From Patescibacteria group bacterium (GTDB lineage Bacteria > Patescibacteriota > Patescibacteriia > JAXHNJ01), in contig JBAZMP010000003.1 in NCBI GenBank assembly GCA_041649715.1, positions 167,690-231,689 of the forward strand: a DNA stretch of 64,000 nt, written 5' to 3'. The notes below the pieces were generated by a model. It did not search any database and was not told the DNA's origin. It saw only the letters and a program-made list of their open reading frames with translations. Positions 47,458 to 57,159 of the stretch are shown here, one piece after another. Made by a program: the position numbers and the translations under genes. Position 1 is the stretch's first letter, and each line of letters opens with the position of its first letter.

Positions 47458-48948
47458 TTATTTGCCGTCTACCGCAGGTAGACGGCTTTTTATAAGTTTA
47501 AAAAATGCAAACATTATTAAATAAATTAAAAAGATAATCAAAACATTTAAATGACTGAAGCTTATAGCCGCCCAGGAATGATTGGCAAAAAAATGACATA
47601 GGCTAGTGATGTATTTTAATAATAAATAACAAAGCCAGAATAAAAGTTGGCCGATGGGCCAAAATATCAGGGAAACAAATGTGGCCGCCAAACCTAAAGT
47701 CAAAAGCAGGGAAAAAATCGGCAAGATCAAAACATTAGCCAGCGGCGAGATCAAAGAAATAATCTTGAAGTTATAAATAATGATCGGCAGAGTAAAAACC
47801 TGGGCAGACAAAGTCATAACCAACGAGCTTTTTATTTCTAAAAGTTCCGGGAGGAATTTCAATATTTTCTCCAACCAAGGCGAAATATATATTAAACCCA
47901 AAACCGCCAAAAAAGAAAGCTGAAAGCCGACATCGTGCTTTAAAAGCTGGGGGTTAAATAAAAGCATTGCCACGGCGGCTAAGATTATGGCATTAAGACT
48001 GTGGTTTAACCTGCCCAAAGACATGGCCCACAAGACCAAAAAAGCCATAACAGACGCCCTGACCGCCGAAGCCGGCAAGCCGATCAATACGGTAAATAAA
48101 AAGAGAACCGCGCTCGCCAGCCAAAAAGCCTGTTTTCTTCTTAAGCCGATTGCTAAAGAGAAATTCATTAAAAGCCCGGCGATAATGGTCATGTTCTGGC
48201 CGGAAATCGCCATGATATGCGTGATCCCCGTGCGGGAAAAATCTGCGGCGACCGCGGCCGGCAATTTTGTCTTAATGCCAAACGACAAGGCTGCAAAAAA
48301 TGAGCTTTCCGGCTCCGGTATTCCCCTTTTTATGCTTTCGGCGAATTTTTCTTTCACGGAGTAAATTACTTCTAAAAAAGCATTGCCCTGATAAACGGCC
48401 AATTTTTCAATCCTGGGCTTATAACTGACCAGGTATATTTTGAAACGGGCCAAATAAGCTGGATAATCAAAATCTTGGATTTTTTCCGGCCTTTGGATTT
48501 TACCGCTCACTTTAACCAGATCACCGTATTGATAGACCGGATTCAAATCGCTGGTAATCAAAAAATTCAGGCCGATCAATTCAGGAGGCCCTAACTTAAT
48601 TTTCACTTTGATTTTTCTTATCTGTTCGCTTTCCTCGGTTTCCTCGTAAACCAAACCGGTGATTTCAATTTTTTCCTTTAACAAATCTTCCGGAATAATC
48701 GGCTCTTCGGATATGCTCAATGTATAGCGGCCCAGCCCTAATATGATAAATAAAAAACAAAAACCTGCGATTTTTATTTTTCGCACCGGCCAAAAAAATA
48801 TCAAGATAATTAAAGTCAGAACAAGCGCCATGAATATATAATAAATGGAAACGGCGAAAAATGACCGGCCGGCAATTCCGGCGATAAAGGAAATAAGAAA
48901 TAAAAGAAATATTTTTGATTTAGAAAAATAATTCATTAATAAGCTCAT
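47458..48948 (-). CDS. comEC: ComEC/Rec2 competence channel (membrane part)
   Basis: FDY..YL, F..TG.THI.AISG.N, SAVRA, GFQLSF.A. Confidence 0.93.
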   Translation of the reverse strand: MSLLMNYFSKSKIFLLFLISFIAGIAGRSFFAVSIYYIFMALVLTLIILIFFWPVRKIKIAGFCFLFIILGLGRYTLSISEEPIIPEDLLKEKIEITGLVYEETEESEQIRKIKVKIKLGPPELIGLNFLITSDLNPVYQYGDLVKVSGKIQRPEKIQDFDYPAYLARFKIYLVSYKPRIEKLAVYQGNAFLEVIYSVKEKFAESIKRGIPEPESSFFAALSFGIKTKLPAAVAADFSRTGITHIMAISGQNMTIIAGLLMNFSLAIGLRRKQAFWLASAVLFLFTVLIGLPASAVRASVMAFLVLWAMSLGRLNHSLNAIILAAVAMLLFNPQLLKHDVGFQLSFLAVLGLIYISPWLEKILKFLPELLEIKSSLVMTLSAQVFTLPIIIYNFKIISLISPLANVLILPIFSLLLTLGLAATFVSLIFWPIGQLLFWLCYLLLKYITSLCHFFANHSWAAISFSHLNVLIIFLIYLIMFAFFKLIKSRLPAVDGK

Positions 48949-49519
48949 TATTTAAATATAAATGAGGATATCTCGAATATTTGCCGGGCAAACCATGCTT
49001 TTCATAATTATATTTGATGTATTGAAGAATGTTATACAATCGTTTTTCGTTATCAATGATGCGGAAGTTGTAACGCGATTGCCAAAGCTCGGCAACATGA
49101 ATTTGGCGTGAAAAATTTCCTTTAATAGACTGCATCAAATCGGAAATGGTGTATCCGCGCGGGCTAGAAAGCCCGCGCTGTTTTTCTGGAAAAAGCCCGC
49201 GCTGTGGTAACGAGGAAGACTCACGCCGTATGTATGGGTAAAAACCGTGCGATGCAAAACAAAAAAAAGTCTCACCTTCCGTCCCACAGCGCGCCTTTTC
49301 TAAGGCGCGCCCGCCGTTCTTCACCAATAAATGCAAATGATCGGGCAAAATACAAAAAGCGTACAAATTAAAACCCTTTATCCTGCCTGCTTCAATGATA
49401 ATTTGATACAGAAGCTGGGCGTATTTTTCATTATCAAAGAACCAAAATCGTTCTTCGATATTGGTGGTGATAAAATATGGCAAAATAACCTGGTATATCC
49501 TTCTTTGGGTCATAAACAA
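48920..49519 (-). mobile_element. REP-associated tyrosine transposase (RAYT, HUH/Y1) with an internal REP-containing insert
   Basis: YFITTN...R...F, LYAFCILPDHLHLL, IS..MQSIKG, LWQ..Y..R.I, YI..N. Confidence 0.85.
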
Positions 49520-49593
49520 AAAAGCGGCCTTCTCTAAGCCACCGTATTATCTGTCTATATACTAATTTAAAATAGGATAAAAGTCAAACAATT

Positions 49594-50689
49594 TTATCTC
49601 TCTTTGTGGCGCAGATAGCTTTCAATAAAAGCGTCTAGTTCGCCGTCCAAAACTTTGTTCACGTCTTGAGTCTCATATTTCGTCCGGTGATCCTTGACCA
49701 TCTTATAGGGCTGCATGACATAGGAGCGGATCTGGTTGCCCCAGGCCGCTTCGTGAAATTCGCCTCTGATTTTTTGCTTTTCTTTTTGCTTCTCTTTTTC
49801 TTCCAACATCAAGAGCTTACTCTTTAATATTTTCAGGGCCATTTCCCGATTTTGCTTCTGGGAGCGCTCGTTCTGGCAGGAAACGGTGATCTTGGTCGGC
49901 AAATGGACGATCCGCACGGCCGAATAGGTTGTCTGCACGCTCTGGCCGCCGTGGCCGGAAGAAAGGAAAGTATCGATGCGCAGGTCCTTCGGGTCAATTT
50001 TTATTACTTCAATTTCGTCCAGCTCCGGAATCACCTCAACTAGGGCAAAAGAGGTGTGACGCATTTTTTCCGCGTCGTAAGGGGAAATTCTTACCAAACG
50101 ATGGACGCCATTTTCTGATTTCAAAAAACCAAAAGCATAATGGCCGATAATTTCAAAAGTAACGCTTTTTATGCCGGCTTCATTACCCACGGATTTATCT
50201 AATATTTTGACCAGCCAGCCTCTTTTCTCGCAAAACCTCAAATACATACGCAGCAAAATCGCCGCCCAGTCCTGGGCGTCCACCCCGCCGGTGCCGGCAT
50301 GAATCGCCACTATGGCATTCCGCTGATCGTATTTGCCGGCCAACAAAATAAAAAACTCCAGTCTATCGAACTGCTGCTGCAATGCCTTGTATTTTTTCTC
50401 AATATCCTTTTCTAGAGAATGGGCTTTTTCTTTGATTGCTTCATGAGACAAATTTAGCAACTCTTCAATCTCCTGATGGATATTATCCCAAGTGGCGATT
50501 TCTTTCTTTAACTCTTCAAATTGCCGGCTGATTTTCTCCGCCCTCTCCCTATCCTGCCAGAAATCTTTTTCCGCGACCTGGTATTCAAAATCTTTAAGTT
50601 GATCTCTTTTCTTTTCTAGGTCAAAGAAACCCCCTCGCCTGCTCGATTTTCAGGCTCAATGACTTTATTTGCTTGACGATATTTTCCAC
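49594..50689 (-). CDS. prfB: peptide chain release factor 2 with programmed +1 frameshift
   Basis: GTG 50689, 22 codons, then AGGGGG-TTT-CTT-TGA-C (TGA at 50623-50621). The +1 frame DLEKK...FWQD joins the 49594..50460 ORF, which has GVHRLVRISPY and GGQ. Confidence 0.95.
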
Positions 50690-50790
50690 AAGGATTCATT
50701 TATTTATTAATGAATGAATATTATCACAAAAGAGGGCATTTATCAAATTATCCCTCTGAAATTTTCTTTTTCACGTCCAACCTAAAATGA

Positions 50791-51939
50791 CTACAGATCA
50801 ATCACAAACTCCGTTCCTTTTTTATTCTCCGGAATTCTCGCGCTAATCTTCCAGCCGTGGGCTTCCACTATTTCTTTAGCAATAGCCAGGCCTAAGCCCA
50901 AACCGCCGGTCAGCCTATTTCTTGATTTTTCCAGGCGGAAAAACCGCTCAAAAATATCCTGCAAGTGTTCCGGCGGTATGCCGACCCCGTCATCGGCAAA
51001 AATTATTTGCTTCTCATCGGCAAAAAGAGTGATATTCTGCGCTTTTGAATAGCGCAGAGCATTGTCAAAAAGATTAGTGAATACCTGGGACAAAAGCACC
51101 GCGTCCGCGTTAAGCGTGTAGTTTTCAGGTAACTCGGCTGCAAACGCCATTTTATTCTTTGCCAATTTCTCCTTATAAAAACCCATCAACTTATCTATAA
51201 TATCTTTTAAAATAATATCCTGGCGCTGAATTTTGACCGATTGGCTGCGCAAGACCGCATAATCCTGCAGGCCTTCGGTCATTTCCGTCAAACGATCAAC
51301 CTGCTCTTTTAATGACTTAATTCTCTCATTGTCTAATTTTAAAACCCCGTCCTGCAAGCCTTCCAATTGGGCGGTTAAAGAGGCTAAGGGCGTCCGCAAT
51401 TCGTGCGAAGTGTCGGAAATCAAATTTTTGCGCAGCTCTTCCACTCTTTGAAGTTCCGCCGCTAGACTGTTGAATTCCTGAATAATGGCGTTAAATTCCG
51501 CGCTTTCATTCTCATCCAGACGCAGCTGGTAATGACTCTGTCTTAGTTTTTTCAAACCGCCGCTTAATTTATTAAGGGGTTTGGTTACCGTGCGGGAAGT
51601 CAGATAGCCAATTCCGATCGCCCCTAAAAAAGCGGCTAAACCGATAATAATCAGGGAATTTTCGAAACGCGTCCGGAAATGCTCCCCCGGCGTCAGAAGT
51701 TCCCCTTTTTGGGGTCCTGGAAAAATGAAAAAAGGATCATCGGAATACGGCATCCTTTCGGGGGGAAAAATGTTAGGTCCGGTAAAAAGGCCGTAAACAT
51801 CAGTAAAAATCCTTTCTCCGCGGCTCATGGCGAAAATATTCACAAAAATTAAAAGACTGGCTACCAACAATATAATCAGAAGAGCGACTTTAAAACCGAT
51901 TTTATTAATATATTTAAGAAAATCCTTTATTTTATTCAT
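50791..51939 (-). CDS. sensor histidine kinase (BaeS-like)
   Basis: Two TM, HAMP, SHELRTPL, NL..NALRY, D.G.GI, G.GLGLAI. Confidence 0.95.
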   Translation of the reverse strand: MNKIKDFLKYINKIGFKVALLIILLVASLLIFVNIFAMSRGERIFTDVYGLFTGPNIFPPERMPYSDDPFFIFPGPQKGELLTPGEHFRTRFENSLIIIGLAAFLGAIGIGYLTSRTVTKPLNKLSGGLKKLRQSHYQLRLDENESAEFNAIIQEFNSLAAELQRVEELRKNLISDTSHELRTPLASLTAQLEGLQDGVLKLDNERIKSLKEQVDRLTEMTEGLQDYAVLRSQSVKIQRQDIILKDIIDKLMGFYKEKLAKNKMAFAAELPENYTLNADAVLLSQVFTNLFDNALRYSKAQNITLFADEKQIIFADDGVGIPPEHLQDIFERFFRLEKSRNRLTGGLGLGLAIAKEIVEAHGWKISARIPENKKGTEFVIDL

Positions 51940-52601
51940 AAATTATATTTATAGCCCGTGCCAATGACGGTTAAAATGTATTTGGGGTTTTGGGAATCAT
52001 CCTCAATTAATTTCCTAAGCGATTTAATATGGGCGTCAATCGTCCTTTCCATCGCTTGCCGGCTAGAACCGTCGCCGTCAATCGCCTCCAATAAGGCCGG
52101 CCGGGTAAAAACCTTGCCTGGCTGCCGGATTAAAGCATTGAGGATTTTAAATTGCGTGGTGGTCAAGATTATTTCCTGGTCACCTTTTCTGGCGATCATT
52201 TTTTCTTCGTCAAGCGCTAACCCGCCGGCCCGTGGCACCGACACCAATGGCTGACGTAATCTGGCCTTCACCCGGGCCACCAGCACTTTTGGCGAAAAAG
52301 GTTTTTTAATGTAATCATCCGCGCCGATCGTCAAGCCTTTTAGCTCGTCGGGTTCCTCAATCCTGGCCGTCACCATAATGATCGGCACTTTTGATTTCTG
52401 CCTGATATTCCGACAAACCTCTAGACCATCCCGGTTAGGCAAATTTAGATCCAAAATCACCAGGTCAAAAGTATCGTTAAATTTCACCATGGCCACTTCT
52501 CCGCTCCCTGCTTCGTCCACGCTAAAACCGGCAAGTTCCAGATATTTTTTCATAACCTCGCGGATGGATTCTTCGTCTTCAACTATTAATATCTTGCTCA
52601 T
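51936..52601 (-). CDS. OmpR-family response regulator
   Basis: ILIVEDE, LD..LP, GADDYI.KPF, RTIDAHIK.LR, TV.G.GY. Confidence 0.95.
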   Translation of the reverse strand: MSKILIVEDEESIREVMKKYLELAGFSVDEAGSGEVAMVKFNDTFDLVILDLNLPNRDGLEVCRNIRQKSKVPIIMVTARIEEPDELKGLTIGADDYIKKPFSPKVLVARVKARLRQPLVSVPRAGGLALDEEKMIARKGDQEIILTTTQFKILNALIRQPGKVFTRPALLEAIDGDGSSRQAMERTIDAHIKSLRKLIEDDSQNPKYILTVIGTGYKYNL

Positions 52602-52622
52602 ATTCTGTCTTATTTAATCCTA

Positions 52623-53291
52623 TTACCTGTCCGAGGTTATTTTACCATCTTTGATAATAATCGTCTTGTCCGCGTATTTCTTCACATAATCAGAGTGGCT
52701 GATCAGGATAATTGTTTTATGATGTTTTTTGTTAAGCTGGCCTAAAAAGCCGATTATTTCCTCTCCGCTATGACTATCCAGATTGCCGGTCGGCTCGTCC
52801 GCCAGGATAATTTCCGGGTCGTTAACCAGGGCTCTCGCGATGGCCACTCTCTGCTGTTCACCGCCGGAAAGCTTGCTCGGCAGATGATCAGCGCGGCCCT
52901 CCAAACCCACCGGCTTCAAAGCCTCGATGACTCTTTTTTTATCGTGTTTCGTCCGCTTGGCCATCACCGCTTCGACATTTTGAGCCGCGGTTAAGGTGGG
53001 TATCAGATTAAAATTCTGGAAAATAAAACCGAGGTGCTCGCGCCGGAGTTTAGTCAGCTTGCCATCACTGGCTTTTGTTAAATTAAGACCTAATACTTCA
53101 ATCTCTCCTTTGTCAGGCCGGTCCAGGCCTCCCAATAGCTGCATCAGAGTGCTTTTACCTGAACCGGAAGGGCCGATGACCGCCAAAAATTCCCCTTTTT
53201 CTATCTCCAGATCAACTTCATCCACCGCTTTAATAATCTTTGTCCCCTGCTGAAATATTTTTGAGATTTTTTTCGCTTTGATAATAGGCAT
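52623..53291 (-). CDS. ABC transporter ATP-binding protein (LolD/MacB type)
   Basis: [34 protein letters not shown]. Confidence 0.95.
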   Translation of the reverse strand: MPIIKAKKISKIFQQGTKIIKAVDEVDLEIEKGEFLAVIGPSGSGKSTLMQLLGGLDRPDKGEIEVLGLNLTKASDGKLTKLRREHLGFIFQNFNLIPTLTAAQNVEAVMAKRTKHDKKRVIEALKPVGLEGRADHLPSKLSGGEQQRVAIARALVNDPEIILADEPTGNLDSHSGEEIIGFLGQLNKKHHKTIILISHSDYVKKYADKTIIIKDGKITSDR

Positions 53292-53306
53292 GTCAATATT
53301 TTTAAT

Positions 53307-54965
53307 TTATTCAAGGTGCCGCAAGGCTTCCTGCGGTTTCATTTTTGACGATTTAAGCGCGGCGAGACTGCCGGCCACAATCGCGCCGACCAGCGCGACC
53401 AAAGTGCCGAGCAGCAAAATAGAATAATCCAGGGCGATTTTTAAAGGAACGGAAGTAGTCACGCCCGCGTTTTCCTCTGTACCCATAAACCGCCGGACAA
53501 AACCAAAGCCGCCGGGCCCGCCGATATCACTTGTCTGACCAATGGTCGCGGTAAGAGAAATATTAAAGTGATTTAAAAGAACGATCGCCCCTAAAGCCAA
53601 ACCCAGGCCCAAAGCGGCGCCAATCACTCCGATCACGATATTTTCCCCGATAATCTGCCGGACAATCAAAGAATTTTTCCAGCCAATCGCCTTTAGTGTG
53701 CCGATTTCCCTCACCCGTTTGTTAACCGAAAAAACAGTCAGCAGGCTGACAATGATGAAAGAAGCGATTACGACGATTATGGTCGTTACTCCGATGAATT
53801 TGTTGGTCAGATTGGCGGCGCTGACCAGGCTGCCCGTCACTTCCCTGGCTGTATCAGATGAATCCGTCACGGTCGCGCCGGTAAAAGCGGACGAGAGTTT
53901 TTCGCTGGTCTGCGCCACGTCTTTGGCGTTGGCAGCCTTGACCAGCATGACATTGATCCGGCTTTCCCGGCCGGCCAGTTTTTGCAAATCCGCCAAAGAA
54001 AGATAAAGATCCGCCGTGTTGGTGTAAAGTTTCGGCGTCACCAGGCCGACCACGGTTAATTCCTGCTTGGCCAGAGTGATTTTATCGCCCAGCTTGATAC
54101 TGTTTTTATCCGCGTAGGACTGGTTGACCACGACCTGGTTTTCCCCATTGAAATAACTACCGCTGGTGATTTGGTCCGGTAAAATCAAACCGATATCGGT
54201 CTTAGTCGTGTCCACGCCGGCCACCGTAAAATTAGTCGTGGTGATATCCGTGGAAATCGCTCCGATATCCTGCTTATAGGTGCGGGTGGGAGCGGTAAAG
54301 CGGAATGTCATGCTGCGGAAACGTTCCGGCATGGCGTTTCTCTCCGCCTCGCGGACATATTGCCGGCCTTCTTCAGAGCGCGGATCAATGCCTTTGGCTT
54401 TAAGTTCGTTTTCCGCCTTCGTCCGGGCGGCGTCCACGGCCGCTCTTTCCGCGTCCGTCATCTCGGCTATCTCTTGGTTCACTTCAAACTGCTCCCCGCC
54501 CGTGGTAATTTCCGCCGTCACCTGGGGGATCTTTCCCTCCTGATGAGTAACATTCAAAATAAGGCCGGCCGCGGCGTTGGCCACCAGACTTGAATCCAAT
54601 TTAGTTATTTCCGCCGCGTCATAAGTCAAAAGCGTGCCCGGCAAAAAAGAATCACTGGTAAACTGGTCGCCGGGATTGCCCAATTTGGAGAGGTCAGTCG
54701 AAATCTGATTTTCTTTCATCATGTCCGCACGGGTGGTTTCATCCAAACTTTCTATATTGTCCTGATTGACCGTCCGGGTGACCATGATGTCCGTGCCGAC
54801 ATTCTGCAGAGGATTCAAGACTTTGTCCTGTTCGGCCGACAAGCTCTGGGAAAGAGAAAGAATCGTGATGATAATGGCGCTGGCCATGGCCAAGCCCAAA
54901 GATACCGTCAAAGTCTTTCCCCACCGCCGAGTCAATTCAGCCCATAAATAACGCAGATAAAACAT
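53307..54965 (-). CDS. MacB/FtsX-type ABC permease
   Basis: TM1, large extracellular domain, R.REIGTLKAIG, C-terminal P.EALR. Confidence 0.92.
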   Translation of the reverse strand: MFYLRYLWAELTRRWGKTLTVSLGLAMASAIIITILSLSQSLSAEQDKVLNPLQNVGTDIMVTRTVNQDNIESLDETTRADMMKENQISTDLSKLGNPGDQFTSDSFLPGTLLTYDAAEITKLDSSLVANAAAGLILNVTHQEGKIPQVTAEITTGGEQFEVNQEIAEMTDAERAAVDAARTKAENELKAKGIDPRSEEGRQYVREAERNAMPERFRSMTFRFTAPTRTYKQDIGAISTDITTTNFTVAGVDTTKTDIGLILPDQITSGSYFNGENQVVVNQSYADKNSIKLGDKITLAKQELTVVGLVTPKLYTNTADLYLSLADLQKLAGRESRINVMLVKAANAKDVAQTSEKLSSAFTGATVTDSSDTAREVTGSLVSAANLTNKFIGVTTIIVVIASFIIVSLLTVFSVNKRVREIGTLKAIGWKNSLIVRQIIGENIVIGVIGAALGLGLALGAIVLLNHFNISLTATIGQTSDIGGPGGFGFVRRFMGTEENAGVTTSVPLKIALDYSILLLGTLVALVGAIVAGSLAALKSSKMKPQEALRHLE

Positions 54966-55002
54966 AGTCTTTTTATTTTATTTATTAAATATTCACAGGT
55001 TT

Positions 55003-55037
55003 AGTATAACCCTGCTGTTTGAATTTGGCGTGAATTT
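55003..55037 (-). promoter_or_regulatory. -10 box with an upstream direct repeat (putative OmpR-family binding site)
   Basis: AAATTCAC-GCC-AAATTCAA (11-nt period) upstream of TATACT, ahead of the ABC/two-component operon. Confidence 0.5.
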
Positions 55038-55182
55038 TTTTACAACCTTAAATAATATTAAAAAACATGATAAGAATAGAATTTTATAATATATATACTG
55101 AAAAACAGAAGGGGTAATGACAATTTTTTAAATGTATGCTACCATTGGATATACAAAATTAGACGGCACATATTGTTTGTTT

Positions 55183-55266
55183 GCCGGGGTATCCAGCGCT
55201 GCTTGGGTGTTTTAAACACTAGCCTTAAAAAGGCACGAGCAAAACCTGGCCCCGGCCCTTTTTTTA
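55183..55266 (+). ncRNA. candidate structured RNA (branched stem followed by a T run)
   Basis: GCCGGGG/CCCCGGC, CCAG/CTGG and TGCTTG/CGAGCA stems enclose two small hairpins. Confidence 0.35.
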
Positions 55267-55371
55267 TGTAAAGATACCGACTGCACCGCCAGATTAAAAG
55301 TATAAAAAAGCGCAGGCGATAAGTCGCCCGTGCTTAATATTTTAATATCTCAATCGCTTAATATCTTCCGC

Positions 55372-56604
55372 CTACTCTCCCGACCACTCCTCCAGCGTCA
55401 CCTTGACCTCCTTTTCCTGGCCGTCATGCAGAACTTTCAAAGTCACTACGTCGCCCGGACTCTTTTTGGTAATCAATTCGGCTAAACTATTATCGCTGTC
55501 AATTTTTGTGCCGTCAAAAGTCAGGAGAATATCGTTTTCTTCCAAGCCCGCTTTGTCTGCCGGACTGCCGGACATCACCGCGGATTCACTGGCATCACCT
55601 TTGGCTAACAAAGCGCCGTAACTCACTGACAAATTATCCGCCTTTTTTATCTGATCATTAACCAAGATATAGCGCACGCCCAGGTATGGCCGGGTGATTT
55701 TCCCGCTTTTCTGGATGCTTTCAATATCTTTCTTCGCCTCATTAATAGGAATGGCAAAACCGACTAACTGGCCTGAGCTGGAAATCGCCGTATTCACGCC
55801 GACCACCTGGCCGGCCAGATTAAGCAAAGGCCCGCCGGAATTGCCGTAATTGATGGCCGCGTCAGTTTGAATAGTGTTTTCCAATGTTTCCGTCGTGCCG
55901 GAGGTAGAACTTCCCGCTTCAATCGTCCGGGCCAAACCAGACACGATCCCTTGAGTCACCGTATTGCGGTATTCGCCTAGGGCGTTACCGATGGCAATGA
56001 CCGTCTGGCCAATTTGTAGAGCTTCAGAATCGCCGAGCTCCACCGTGGTTAAATTGCTCGCTTCAATTTTCAGGAAAGCCAGATCCTGGGTCGGATCCTT
56101 GGCCAAGACTTCGGCGTCGTATTTTGTCCCGTCGTTTAAAACCACAGAATATTCCGTCGTGGTGTCGGCAACGACATGCTTATTGGTTAATATCAGGCCG
56201 TCAGAGGCGATAATAAAGCCGGTGCCGCCGGAAACTTCCGTTTCGCCTTGGGGCAATTGAGAGGGGTAACCAAAGAAGTATTCAAAGGGTGAATACTGCT
56301 GGTTTTGATAATATTTTGAATAATCCTTGGTGCCGACAATGGAAACCACGGCGTTTTTCACCTTATTGACCACGTCGATGGTCGCCGAATTCTCGGTCAC
56401 GGAAAGAGTCGAAGTGTTGACATTGGCAAAACTTTGGCTGTTTGTTTCCTCGCGGAATATATTCTCTTTAATCCAATTACCCACCTTGCCCTGGTTTAGA
56501 AAATAACCAAAAAATCCGCCGGACAGGCCGCCGATAAAAAAACTAATGATTAAAACCAAAATAATCACCGGCGTTAAACTCGTTTTTTTGTTTTCTGCCT
56601 CCAT
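55372..56604 (-). CDS. HtrA/DegP-family serine protease with one PDZ domain
   Basis: GTGFII, TNKHV, IQTDAAIN.GNSGGPL, SPADKAGL. Confidence 0.95.
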   Translation of the reverse strand: MEAENKKTSLTPVIILVLIISFFIGGLSGGFFGYFLNQGKVGNWIKENIFREETNSQSFANVNTSTLSVTENSATIDVVNKVKNAVVSIVGTKDYSKYYQNQQYSPFEYFFGYPSQLPQGETEVSGGTGFIIASDGLILTNKHVVADTTTEYSVVLNDGTKYDAEVLAKDPTQDLAFLKIEASNLTTVELGDSEALQIGQTVIAIGNALGEYRNTVTQGIVSGLARTIEAGSSTSGTTETLENTIQTDAAINYGNSGGPLLNLAGQVVGVNTAISSSGQLVGFAIPINEAKKDIESIQKSGKITRPYLGVRYILVNDQIKKADNLSVSYGALLAKGDASESAVMSGSPADKAGLEENDILLTFDGTKIDSDNSLAELITKKSPGDVVTLKVLHDGQEKEVKVTLEEWSGE

Positions 56605-56790
56605 ATTTTTACTAATTAATTATTAGTAATATAAAGATATAATAATTTTTGACGTGCGTCAAGAATTAAATAATAACAGTTTTTTAAATAATATTAGAGG
56701 AAAAAATTGATAATTTTCATACCAAATTCACAATTATGATTATACCAAAAAGAACCGTCTTCACAGCCATGGAAAAATTGCCCAGTCAAC

Positions 56791-56857
56791 GAGAAGAGCG
56801 GATTCAGAATCCGCTCTTCTCCATCAAACGGATGGTAGGCTGATCAGCCTACCATCC
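56791..56857. repeat. two adjacent perfect palindromes
   Basis: GAGAAGAGCGGATTC-A-GAATCCGCTCTTCTC (56791-56821) and GGATGGTAGGCTGATCAGCCTACCATCC (56830-56857). Confidence 0.85.
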
Positions 56858-56910
56858 AGAAATATTATTTCACCAGCTTTTTCTCAAAATCCACGCCCCT
56901 CTCTCGCCCC

Positions 56911-57159
56911 CTATTTCTTGTGGAATAATCGTCTTTTTTCGATATAGGCTAACTTCCACCAAAACCGGCCTAAAAAATAGCCGCCGATCAAGCCAGCAAT
57001 GACCAAACTGATCTGCAGCCAGTAAGGCAGGGCGCAGCCGTGATGCCAGGTTATTTCTTTGGCATATTTTAAATACATGGCTTCAATGCCGGCGTGCAAG
57101 ATGAAACTTAAAAGCAAACCCAGAATGACGCTTAAAATCAGATATGCTATTCGTTTCAT
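56911..57159 (-). CDS. small two-TM membrane protein
   Basis: Two hydrophobic segments, G..WW...Y.EK; ATG 57159 overlaps the upstream stop. Confidence 0.7.
   Translation of the reverse strand: MKRIAYLILSVILGLLLSFILHAGIEAMYLKYAKEITWHHGCALPYWLQISLVIAGLIGGYFLGRFWWKLAYIEKRRLFHKK

Noticed and set aside
55183-55256. SRP RNA or 6S RNA identity for the branched structure
   Set aside because: It lacks the SRP domain IV CAGG-GNRA-AGCA signature and is too short for 6S. It is kept only as an unassigned candidate.
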